Positions 51,214 to 59,344 of a stretch of DNA of 59,344 nucleotides are shown piece after piece. Made by a program: the position numbers and the translations under genes. The stretch is taken from assembly GCA_046063405.1 (NCBI GenBank), contig JBJTMF010000063.1:1-59344 (forward strand). Reading direction: 5' to 3'. The number at the start of each line of letters is the position of its first letter. Position 1 is the first letter of the stretch. The notes beneath the pieces were generated by a model. It did not search any database. It was not told the DNA's origin and saw only the letters and a list, made by a program, of their open reading frames with translations. This DNA comes from Microbacteriaceae bacterium. GTDB lineage: Bacteria; Actinomycetota; Actinomycetes; Actinomycetales; Microbacteriaceae.

Positions 51214-52689
51214 CTATCGGTCGTCGCGACGGAAGCGTTTCAACGCCTTGCGTACACGTCTGTCGAGGTTTTTACCGACCTTTTTGGATCGTTCGAGGAC
51301 TTCGAAACCAAGTTCACCGAACTTCTCGATGGCCTCTCCCCTGACGTCGTTTAGTCGCTCCAGAACACCACTGCGGGCACGTGAGCGAAGGTTTCTGGCT
51401 GAATCGCGTAGTCGTTGAAGAGCTGCCAACTGCGCGCTGGTTAGATCGATTGGTCGGGTATAGGTTCCAAGATTGTCGTCAGTTGGCAACACCTGCGCAA
51501 AATTTCCGCAGTAGATCTGTTCAAAACGTTCGATGGTTTTTTCTATGTCGTGACTCTGTACCAGATGCAGGGACGCCCTACCCATGGCTTGAAGTTCAGT
51601 AATTGGAAGGCTCAAAACTTGCCGGAGCCTGCGTTCAAGATCATCGGCAGAATCTGGCTCGAAAAGATAGCCGTTGTCGCCTTCGTGAACAAGATGTGGC
51701 AGCGCTGCGGCGTTGGCCGCGATGACCGGTCGGCCCGATGCCATGGCTTCGAGAGTTGCTATCGACTGAAGCTCGGCGATGCTCGGCATCACAAACACAG
51801 TGGCACGCTCGAATGCCCCAGGCAATTCACTGTCGGGAATCTGACCCAAAAAACTAACTCGGTCCTGAATCTTGAGCTGGCCCGCCCAGGTTTCAAGGCT
51901 TTGCCGCTCGCTTCCGTCACCAACGATTTCTAGACGGACTTCTAAGTCTCTCGGCAACTGTGACACTGCCTCAATCAAAACGTGAACGCGCTTTTCATAA
52001 TCTAAGCGGCCAACATACAACACGTTCGCTCGGTCACGCGAGACCTCGGCTGCAGATGCAAATTGCTTGGCATCGATACCGCAACTGATCGCTAAAACCT
52101 TCTCGATCGGAGTCGCGTCAATGAGGATATCGGCAGCTTTTTGGGTTGGGGTGGTAACCGCCTCTGCCAGGCGGAGAACCCGGTAGGCATCCAGCCAAGC
52201 CAGTCGCATCACCAGCGGCTCCAGCCAGGTTGGAACAAACGGAGCGTATTTGATCAAATTCTCGGGCATGGTGTGGTTGGTGGCTATGACTCGAAGCCTC
52301 AAGCTCTTGGCCTGTTTTGCCGCAAATCGGCCCACGTTTAGATGCGACTGGATGTGCACGGCATCCGGATTGATTCGTTCGAGCAGGATTCTGAGTTTCT
52401 TTCCCAGCCCTATTGGCGAAGCAAAACGCAAGAACTTGTGTTGTGGAATTCGATAAGACTTTAGGCGGTGAACAACGATTGGCACTCCATCGTGAACCTC
52501 GCGATAAGAGCCATAGCGTTTATTTGTCGAAGGAGCAATCACGTGCACCTCGTGGCCTCGCCGTTGAAGGCCGCCCGAGAGCCGCTCCGCGAAGCGAGCT
52601 GCACCGTTTACATCCGGCGGGAAGGTGTCACATGCGATAACCACAACCAGTGGTCGCTCTAACGGAAACTTGGTTGGCGTTTCGATCAT
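51214..52689 (-). CDS. Glycosyltransferase family 4 (probable glycolipid synthase)
   Basis: DTFPPDVNG, ATNHT, YVGRLDYEK, ELQSIATLEAMASG; ATG 52689 overlaps the DMT stop (ATGA). Confidence 0.9.
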   Translation of the reverse strand: MIETPTKFPLERPLVVVIACDTFPPDVNGAARFAERLSGGLQRRGHEVHVIAPSTNKRYGSYREVHDGVPIVVHRLKSYRIPQHKFLRFASPIGLGKKLRILLERINPDAVHIQSHLNVGRFAAKQAKSLRLRVIATNHTMPENLIKYAPFVPTWLEPLVMRLAWLDAYRVLRLAEAVTTPTQKAADILIDATPIEKVLAISCGIDAKQFASAAEVSRDRANVLYVGRLDYEKRVHVLIEAVSQLPRDLEVRLEIVGDGSERQSLETWAGQLKIQDRVSFLGQIPDSELPGAFERATVFVMPSIAELQSIATLEAMASGRPVIAANAAALPHLVHEGDNGYLFEPDSADDLERRLRQVLSLPITELQAMGRASLHLVQSHDIEKTIERFEQIYCGNFAQVLPTDDNLGTYTRPIDLTSAQLAALQRLRDSARNLRSRARSGVLERLNDVRGEAIEKFGELGFEVLERSKKVGKNLDRRVRKALKRFRRDDR

Positions 52690-53570
52690 GACTTGGCTAC
52701 CTCGGGGTGATAACGCGCTAGTAGCCACACTCCTACAATCGCCACCAACGCGCTAGCACCAAAGACGAATAGTGTCTCAACACTCGCCTGCCTGGCCTCT
52801 CCCATGATGATGATGCCCACCGAGACGGCAACCATCGGGTCAACTACGGTGAGGCCGGCGATGACCAACTCGGGAGGGCCGGATGCGTAGGCATTTTGCA
52901 CAAACCAACCACCAAGCAGCAGAGCCAAACCTGTGGTCAGAAGGCAGATCAGCGTAATCCAAGAGAAGTCTCCCTGAATGATGCGAACCACTACTGCCTT
53001 GATTAGCGAGGCCACGATGCCATAAAGAATAGCCGCGCCGATGATGTACGTGATGGCTTTGGCGTTCTTGGCAAAGGTAAAGAATGCGACGCCGAACAAG
53101 CCTAGGAGCACGGCTAGCACGGCCAGAATCTGCAACAAATTGCCATCATCCAGGTGGGTTTCTTTGGCCACGGAAGCCGATGCTGTAACGAAAACCGCGA
53201 TGCCGAAGGTGCAGAGTGAAATGGCTATCCATGTTGGCTTATTGATTTTGGTTTTCGTTGATCGAGCATTCAGCAGTGAGGTGATAACTAGAGCGATTGC
53301 GCCCAGCGGCTGCACCACAATCAACGGAGCTAGAACCAGGGCCGCGATTTGTAAACCAGCGCCTGAGATCAGGAATGCCGAACCGGCCAACCAGCGTGGG
53401 CGTCGCATCAGTTCGATCGTCGCGCGCAAGCCCATTCGGTGCTTGCCATCGGTAGTTGATGTTTTCTTTTCTGCAGCAAGATTTTGATATTGAGCACCGA
53501 AGGCCAAGCCGGCAGCCGCCAAAAGGGAAAGGACTATGGCTAGAGCACGTTGAAACTCGGGAGACATCAT
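52686..53570 (-). CDS. DMT superfamily membrane protein
   Basis: About 9 TMs, RRPRWLAG, APLIVVQPLG, QNAYASG, LTVVDP. Confidence 0.85.
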   Translation of the reverse strand: MMSPEFQRALAIVLSLLAAAGLAFGAQYQNLAAEKKTSTTDGKHRMGLRATIELMRRPRWLAGSAFLISGAGLQIAALVLAPLIVVQPLGAIALVITSLLNARSTKTKINKPTWIAISLCTFGIAVFVTASASVAKETHLDDGNLLQILAVLAVLLGLFGVAFFTFAKNAKAITYIIGAAILYGIVASLIKAVVVRIIQGDFSWITLICLLTTGLALLLGGWFVQNAYASGPPELVIAGLTVVDPMVAVSVGIIIMGEARQASVETLFVFGASALVAIVGVWLLARYHPEVAKS

Positions 53571-53635
53571 TGCTTTAAGCCTAGCGTTGAGCGGCTTAGT
53601 CGCGCCTTAGTGAAACCCTCGGGTAAATTTGTCTC

Positions 53636-54202
53636 ATGTCCGTTAGACCTATCTGCATCACCGGTGAACCGGTACTCCACCAAGTAGCCAGCGAAGTGAC
53701 CGTATTCGATGATGATCTTCGACTACTTGTCGCCGACATGTACGACACCATGGACAAGGCCCCCGGTGTTGGCCTTGCAGCCCCTCAGGTCGGTGTAGGT
53801 CTGCGTGTTTTTGTCTATGACTACGCCGACGAACAGGGAAATGAGCGCCGCGGTGTGATTGTGAACCCGAAGTTGGAGGTCGGTCCGGTAGCTACCGAAG
53901 AAGCCGATTGGGATACCGAAGCCGAAGGCTGCCTCTCGGTTCCTGGCGAACGTTTTCCACTAAAACGCGCTGATTGGATCAAAGTCACCGGAGTCGATCT
54001 AGAGCAAAATCCGGTGCAGATTGAGGCCACTGGCTGGTTTGCGCGAATCTTTCAACACGAATTCGATCACCTGGACGGCAAGCTCTACGTAGACCGCCTA
54101 GCCGAGCCATACGCAAGTGAGGCTCAGGAAGCTGTGAAGGAATTCGGCTGGGGTGTTCCCGGCCTTACTTGGCTACCTGGCCGCGACAAACTCGAAGGCT
54201 AG
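53636..54202 (+). CDS. def: Peptide deformylase
   Basis: GVGLAAPQ, EGCLS, QHEFDHLDG. Confidence 0.97.
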   Translation: MSVRPICITGEPVLHQVASEVTVFDDDLRLLVADMYDTMDKAPGVGLAAPQVGVGLRVFVYDYADEQGNERRGVIVNPKLEVGPVATEEADWDTEAEGCLSVPGERFPLKRADWIKVTGVDLEQNPVQIEATGWFARIFQHEFDHLDGKLYVDRLAEPYASEAQEAVKEFGWGVPGLTWLPGRDKLEG

Positions 54203-54510
54203 AGACCCAACCAGAGCCGCAACACCGCCGCAACCGCAGCGGCCACCGCTACCACGGCGATAAACGGAGCCCGCATGATGGTGAGCGCCAAGGCTACTAA
54301 CACTGCTGGAACTCGAGCGTCAAAGACAACCTGACCCTGAGCCACAAAGGTTTGGACGCCAACCAAGCCAGCCATCAAAGCGACGGTAATCAACGATGCG
54401 AGTTCCGCAATTCGTGGATGCTTGAGCACTTTAGATGGAACCAAAAACCCGATGATTTTCCAGGAGTAAACGGCAACACTCGCGATTAGGACACCCAACC
54501 AGAGATTCAT
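54199..54510 (-). CDS. azlD: AzlD family branched-chain amino acid exporter small subunit
   Basis: 103-aa hydrophobic protein coupled (ATGA overlap) to azlC. Confidence 0.8.
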   Translation of the reverse strand: MNLWLGVLIASVAVYSWKIIGFLVPSKVLKHPRIAELASLITVALMAGLVGVQTFVAQGQVVFDARVPAVLVALALTIMRAPFIAVVAVAAAVAAVLRLWLGL

Positions 54511-55178
54511 TCCGCCCTCCTAGCTGAAAATATCCAAACCAAAACCGCAACAGCACCGGAAAGCAGAATTGGAATACCGACGGCTACGAAAGGGCTGGTC
54601 ACCACTCCCGTAATCATGCTTAGAATCGCGGTCAGGCGCAGCTTCGAATCGGATAACCGCGGCCAAACCAAAGCTACGAAAGCAGCTGCTGCGGCGGCAT
54701 CAAGACCCCACCTGTTTGGATCTCCGAGCGCTTCGCCCAAGAACGCGCCCAGCAACGTCATAAGGTTCCAGAACAGGAAGACAAAGCCTCCGGTTTGCCA
54801 GAATCCCTTACGTTGTTCGCCTTCGTTATCACGGCTTAGCGCGACAGCCGTAGCCTCGTCAATCGTCAATTGGGCAGCGAACGGCCTACGCCAACCGAGC
54901 ATCCCAAGAAGTGAATTCATGGTTACGGCATAGAAACCGTTCCTGACACCGAGCAACCATGCGCTAGTGATCGCGGCTGGAAGCGAGGCCAGGCCCCCGG
55001 AAGCAAAGACACCGATAAACGCAAACTGCGACCCACCGCTAAACATGAAGAGGCTAAGAACAGATGTTTGCCAAATATCGAGACCAGCGGCTACCGATAG
55101 CGCACCGAACGAAATTCCATAGATTCCGGTTGCAAAACCTACCGAAAAGGAAACCGTAGTCACTTTGCCTGCCTGCAT
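54507..55178 (-). CDS. azlC: AzlC family branched-chain amino acid exporter
   Basis: YGISFGA, FSGGSQFA, LGVRN, TIDEA, FWN, GLD motifs; ATG 55178 overlaps the regulator stop (TAATG). Confidence 0.88.
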   Translation of the reverse strand: MQAGKVTTVSFSVGFATGIYGISFGALSVAAGLDIWQTSVLSLFMFSGGSQFAFIGVFASGGLASLPAAITSAWLLGVRNGFYAVTMNSLLGMLGWRRPFAAQLTIDEATAVALSRDNEGEQRKGFWQTGGFVFLFWNLMTLLGAFLGEALGDPNRWGLDAAAAAAFVALVWPRLSDSKLRLTAILSMITGVVTSPFVAVGIPILLSGAVAVLVWIFSARRAE

Positions 55179-55849
55179 TATTGAACCGCCAGACCAGAAT
55201 TTAGGTAGCGGAGCTGCAATTGCTCTAGCGTGCAAAGCCCCAACACGGCGAGAACCGATTCGAGTAGTTTGCGAACTCGGTAGGAGGCCACGTCGAAAGT
55301 TGTGGCCACTTCGGAGATGGACTTCCCTGAAACGATCGCCTCAACGATGGAAGCATCCCGCCCCTGCAGGTTCGCCAATTGGGTTTCCAAAACATGATCA
55401 GGTTTGGTCTTTGCATTGAGATTGGTCATAAGTTGTTTCATCGAGTCGAGTGAGTACTGCCTACGTTTTGCACCAAGTGACAGCACCGTATCAATCAAAG
55501 CTCGCGAGCCTGCTTCTTGGCTAACCAACGCGCTCGCACCCGCGCTAAGAGCCTCATACTCGAGTCGGTCTGTCTGGAACGGAGCGGTAAGTAGCAATCG
55601 CGTGTCGATTGCCTCGGTGAGCTTCTTCGATGACAGCTTTTGCAAAACCTGAATGCCCGAAGTTCCCCGAAGTCGCTGGTCAACAATCAAGACATCAATC
55701 AAGTAATCAGAGAATTTTTCTAAAATTTCGGTTGCCGAAGTCATCTCAAGCATTACGTTTATTCGACCACTCGACTCGAGCAGCAGTTTGCGGCCGGTGC
55801 GAATTTCTGAATCAGGGTCGACGATCCCGATTCGATATTCACCAGCCAC
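55178..55849 (-). CDS. Atypical NarL/LuxR-type response regulator
   Basis: REC domain (IVDPD, LIVD57, T88) with Q111 where the conserved Lys is expected; C-terminal LuxR-like HTH (GKSISEVA...RVRKLL). Confidence 0.82.
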   Translation of the reverse strand: MAGEYRIGIVDPDSEIRTGRKLLLESSGRINVMLEMTSATEILEKFSDYLIDVLIVDQRLRGTSGIQVLQKLSSKKLTEAIDTRLLLTAPFQTDRLEYEALSAGASALVSQEAGSRALIDTVLSLGAKRRQYSLDSMKQLMTNLNAKTKPDHVLETQLANLQGRDASIVEAIVSGKSISEVATTFDVASYRVRKLLESVLAVLGLCTLEQLQLRYLNSGLAVQ

Positions 55850-55851
55850 TG

Positions 55852-57114
55852 TTATAGCCCCGCAACGTTGCGCAAGTTCGGGAAGAATGCGGCAACGGTG
55901 AACCCTACCCCTGCCACCTCGGTGGTATCGATGCTGCCCTCATAGAGCGCGGCTCGCTCGCGAAGAGCAGAGAGCGTTGCGCCTTCGACTCGATTTACCA
56001 GCGTTTCAAGATCCTCCTCCGGCGTATAACCTTCGAGAATCATAGAGTCGGCTGCCTCGCGGCGTCGCTTGGTTTCGAGTCCGTTGTCTTTTATGAGCAC
56101 TTGAAGTCCGTCTTCGGTCCAATAGAAATTGACGGCAACATCGGTCTGTGACGGCGTGTGCTTCTTCACGTTTTCTAGCGATTCAAAAACAATCTTGAAA
56201 AGGCAAAGTTGGGCGCCTTCATTGACCGCGAAGGGGATGCCCTCCACATTCAAAGAAGCGCTGTATCCGAATTCGCGCATGCTTCTTATCAGGTCTGGAA
56301 TTTCTTCCAAACTAGGCGGTGCCGCATTAAGTTCATGATCTTCATGAAGCAGGTCATACAGTTTGCGGAGTTCGGACTGCGCACCGGTTGCCGAATCGGC
56401 AATGCGCGAAATGGTTCGAATTGCCGAATCGGCATCTGCCTTGGCAACGTATTTGGCGGCTTCACTAAGGCTGAGCACTGCTGATACACGCTGCACCAAC
56501 AGGTCAGTTAAATCACGAGCGATACCGAGTCGTTCTGTTTGCTTGGCTACTTCCAAGCCCAGTTGTGCTTGACGATGCACCAGAATGGCACGATCGGAGT
56601 CGGTGCCCACGTGCAAGAGGCGAGTAATGGCGAGTCGGCCAAACACCCAGGCCAAGGTATTCACGCTGACGATGCAAAGTGCTACAAGGAAAAAGGCAAA
56701 CCACGGTGAGTTATCTGAAGCGAGGTGGACGCCGAAGGGCCACAAGCGTTGAGGTGATTCCAAGATTGCAATGTAAGCGACTACCAGACCAGAAACATTA
56801 GTAAGAATCACCGCGACCTGACGGATGATTGGACCGGCGAACGAGGCGATGAAAACAAGTGCAATCGCTGCCGACATTCCGCCAGCAAGCGGCGCTAAGC
56901 GCCAAAAGATTTCAAGAGATGTACCGGCCGCAATCAAAACGATCGCAATCCACTGCAAATTGCGCACAAAAATGACGCTGAGAGAGATCAGAACGGTAGG
57001 AAGCCAAGCTTTGGGGCCTTGGATGGATGTGTCTAGTGCACCAAAAACGAGTGCTAAGAAAGCACTAAGCATTGTTTCGGGGAACCACCGCCGGTCGAGA
57101 AACCACTGAATCAC
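55852..57114 (-). CDS. HisKA_3-type membrane sensor kinase homolog lacking the phospho-His
   Basis: About 5-6 TMs, ERLGIARDLTD H-box, ESLENVKKH N-box, degenerate G boxes; GTG 57114 after GAGGAGG. Confidence 0.85.
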   Translation of the reverse strand: MIQWFLDRRWFPETMLSAFLALVFGALDTSIQGPKAWLPTVLISLSVIFVRNLQWIAIVLIAAGTSLEIFWRLAPLAGGMSAAIALVFIASFAGPIIRQVAVILTNVSGLVVAYIAILESPQRLWPFGVHLASDNSPWFAFFLVALCIVSVNTLAWVFGRLAITRLLHVGTDSDRAILVHRQAQLGLEVAKQTERLGIARDLTDLLVQRVSAVLSLSEAAKYVAKADADSAIRTISRIADSATGAQSELRKLYDLLHEDHELNAAPPSLEEIPDLIRSMREFGYSASLNVEGIPFAVNEGAQLCLFKIVFESLENVKKHTPSQTDVAVNFYWTEDGLQVLIKDNGLETKRRREAADSMILEGYTPEEDLETLVNRVEGATLSALRERAALYEGSIDTTEVAGVGFTVAAFFPNLRNVAGL

Positions 57115-57153
57115 GTGGCCTCCTCGAAACCGCTTTTGGTGTCTGGAAAAGAC

Positions 57154-57229
57154 TGGCTCCCCGGCTTGGACTCGAACCAAGAACCTATCGGTTAACAGCC
57201 GATTGCTCTGCCAATTGAGCTACCGAGGA
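57154..57229 (-). tRNA. tRNA-Asn (GTT)
   Basis: TCCTCGGTAGCTCAATTGGCAGAGCAATCGGCT-GTT-AACCGAT...GGTTCGAGTCC...GGGGAGCCA; CCA encoded. Confidence 0.96.
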
Positions 57230-57281
57230 ATGAACAACGGGTCTAACAATACCAAAAGTGCTTCGAAAACCAAAAGCGCGG

Positions 57282-58184
57282 TTAGTAGCCCGCAGTTTGA
57301 TCAACTACACCGATCCATTCACCCTTACCGAGGTAGGCCTTAACGTTCAGTGCAATACGGTTGGCAAACATGCGAGTGACCTGAGCGGGTGTATCTGCCG
57401 TGTGTGGAGTGATGATCAAATTCTTGGTCGACCACAGGCGATGCCCTTCTGGAAGGGGCTCAGGGTCCGTCACATCGATGGCTGCTCCGGCAATCACACC
57501 CGCATCCAGTGCATCTGCTAAATCGACGCTAACTACATGTTTACCCCTTGCCACGTTCACCAAAAAGGCGCTTCGCTTCATCAGCGCAAGTCTCTTCGAA
57601 TTGATGATTCCGACGGTTTCAGGCGTTAGAGCTGCAGCCACCACAACGAAATCGGCATCCGGAAGACAACGTTCGAGGTGGTCGAGGCCAAAGGTGACGT
57701 CTCCCAATGCATATTGCGGATTTTTTCTGAGAACCGTCACATGAGTGCCGAATGGTTGAAGCAACGAAACTAGCTCCTGTGTGATTCCGCCGCCGCCGAT
57801 AACGAGAACCTTCGATTCGTAAAGACTGACAGCGAACTTCTCTCCCCAACTGGTAGCGCGAACCCTGGTTGGAATCGCACGACCGAGAGCAAGCATCAAC
57901 GCCAGAACATGCTCAGCGACAGGCTGTGAATAAGCCCCCTTAGCCGATGTGAAGCGCAGCGGCATCGAAAGGATTTCAGCAAAGGCATCAACTCCGGCAA
58001 ATGGAAGCTGAACCCATTCCAGTTGTGGATTTGACTCTAATGTTTCCTTTAGCGCCTCAGGTGAGTGGTAGTCAGTCCAGATCAGGGCCTTGACGTCGTC
58101 AGCTAACTTGGCTAGCTCTCCCCCAGATTCTTCAACCGCTCGCACAAACTCAACGGGCTGCGCGGGCTCGATCGCTATCTTCAT
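57282..58184 (-). CDS. D-isomer specific 2-hydroxyacid dehydrogenase
   Basis: AGVD, VAEH, IGGGGI, VNVARG, DVTDPEP, ITPH. Confidence 0.92.
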   Translation of the reverse strand: MKIAIEPAQPVEFVRAVEESGGELAKLADDVKALIWTDYHSPEALKETLESNPQLEWVQLPFAGVDAFAEILSMPLRFTSAKGAYSQPVAEHVLALMLALGRAIPTRVRATSWGEKFAVSLYESKVLVIGGGGITQELVSLLQPFGTHVTVLRKNPQYALGDVTFGLDHLERCLPDADFVVVAAALTPETVGIINSKRLALMKRSAFLVNVARGKHVVSVDLADALDAGVIAGAAIDVTDPEPLPEGHRLWSTKNLIITPHTADTPAQVTRMFANRIALNVKAYLGKGEWIGVVDQTAGY

Positions 58185-59344
58185 GATCGGGAACGCCTTA
58201 GAGTATGAATCTCGGAATCAAGCAGTGCGATAGCCTGGTCGATTTGGCGCAATTCGGTCTCATCTCCCCGCACTTCAGCGCCTCTTCGGCTAGAACGCAA
58301 CGAGTTTTTCTCATATTCGATGGCCTTTTCAAGGGCACGATTCACGACGCCCTCGGCATATTTCTGACGACCTGCGTCGTCGTTTGCCGGAATCGAGGTG
58401 AGCATTAGCTCGGTGAATAACTTTTGGAGAGGTTCGGATAGTTTTTCTTGAACGGCTTCGAACAGGTTTGAAGTGCCTTGAAGCGACCTGACCTGATAGA
58501 TGGCGCGAGCAATGTCTCGGTACATCGGATGACTGAAATTTGCCTTACCGATGCGCGCGAAATGCTCGAGGCTACAGCTATCTGGCAGCTGACCTAACAC
58601 CAGCACCAACCAGCGTTCTTGCATGACCGAAGGGTCGGTTGGCGAAACCATCGGCTCCGGCGCATCCACAGGTGGAGCCTGCTCGCTGATCGAACCTACA
58701 GCCAGCTTCGAAACGGCCTGCTTGCGCTCCACGTTCGCCGACTGCTGCACTAGCTGCGCTACGTCGTTTCGCTCAAGACTCGTAGCATCGGCCACGTAAC
58801 GTTCGTATACCCCGCGCATAACAAGATCATCGATCAAAGCCAATAGCGTTGCGGCAGCACGTGCAGCACCGACTTGACCTTCACGAGACTGCAAATCAAA
58901 TTTGCCCATGGCGCGGTTGATAGCAAATTCGAGCAGTGGCTTCTTCGAAGCGATCATGTCGCGAACTGCTTGGTCGCCGCGCTGGGTGCGCAGGTCAGAT
59001 GGGTCGAGGCCGTCCGGGCCGATTGCCATGAAGGTTTGAGCGTTGAACTTTGAGGCGTCATTGAAGGCGCGCATTGCTGCCTTCTGTCCTGCTTCATCTG
59101 GGTCAAAGTTGAAAATCACTTGGGCAGGATTGGCTGGGTCGGCCGTGAGGATGCGATTCAGCATGCGAATGTGCTCATCACCAAAGGCGGTGCCACAGGT
59201 AGCTACGGCGGTGGTGATGCCGGCCAGGTGGCAAGCCATAACGTCGGTGTAACCCTCGACTACAACTACCTGCTGCTGCTTTGAAATGTCTTTCTTGGCA
59301 AGATCAATGCCGTAGAGCACTCGGCTCTTGTGATACACCGGCGT
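58181..59344 (-). CDS. dnaG: DNA primase (5' part outside window)
   Basis: YHKSRVLYG, VVEGYTDV, ATCGTA, FDPDEAGQKAA, DP TOPRIM motifs. Confidence 0.96.
   Translation of the reverse strand, partial: TPVYHKSRVLYGIDLAKKDISKQQQVVVVEGYTDVMACHLAGITTAVATCGTAFGDEHIRMLNRILTADPANPAQVIFNFDPDEAGQKAAMRAFNDASKFNAQTFMAIGPDGLDPSDLRTQRGDQAVRDMIASKKPLLEFAINRAMGKFDLQSREGQVGAARAAATLLALIDDLVMRGVYERYVADATSLERNDVAQLVQQSANVERKQAVSKLAVGSISEQAPPVDAPEPMVSPTDPSVMQERWLVLVLGQLPDSCSLEHFARIGKANFSHPMYRDIARAIYQVRSLQGTSNLFEAVQEKLSEPLQKLFTELMLTSIPANDDAGRQKYAEGVVNRALEKAIEYEKNSLRSSRRGAEVRGDETELRQIDQAIALLDSEIHTLRRSRS

Noticed and set aside
57115-57180. N-terminal extension of the sensor kinase ORF to 57180
   Set aside because: Overlaps tRNA-Asn; a strong RBS supports GTG 57114
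48300-57229. Genomic island or prophage at tRNA-Ile2 or tRNA-Asn
   Set aside because: No integrase, transposase or phage genes, and I found no duplicated tRNA 3' end (att site) by eye; def is a core gene. Single-gene acquisitions remain possible.

Overview
A gene-dense, mostly housekeeping segment of a streamlined actinobacterium. Gene content, gene order and moderate GC (low 50s % by eye) point to Microbacteriaceae, probably a freshwater Rhodoluna/Aquiluna-like lineage; this is inference, not a database result. In order: start of acnA (partial), DUF3159/DUF3710/dut, sepH, topoisomerase IV parC and parE, gatD-murT-rpoD, MFS/PAC2, pepA-lpdA-dlaT, lipB-lipA, glnA1/glnE/glnA2, nadE-ridA-panB, map-ppgK, RNase P RNA with the Nif3/zinc-ribbon/RNase H operon, tRNA-Val, ahpE, aceE-fabD-fabH-acpP-fabF, tdk, an amidohydrolase, a secreted type I pullulanase, tRNA-Ile2, GT4/DMT, def, a sensor kinase-response regulator-azlCD unit, tRNA-Asn, a D-2-hydroxyacid dehydrogenase and partial dnaG. 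I saw no CRISPR array, prophage, integrase or IS. The strongest leads are two systems with missing catalytic residues. (1) A MurT/GatD pair whose GatD lacks the catalytic Cys, possibly repurposed for the group-B peptidoglycan cross-bridge. (2) A two-component pair whose kinase lacks the phospho-His and whose regulator lacks the conserved Lys, coupled to an AzlCD exporter. Also notable: a probable CTG-initiated MFS gene, loss of fasR, many leaderless promoters, and repeated 4-bp stop-codon overlaps between convergent genes. Many ORF-track starts were corrected using RBS, promoter or family N-terminus evidence. All family assignments come from motif recognition by eye.
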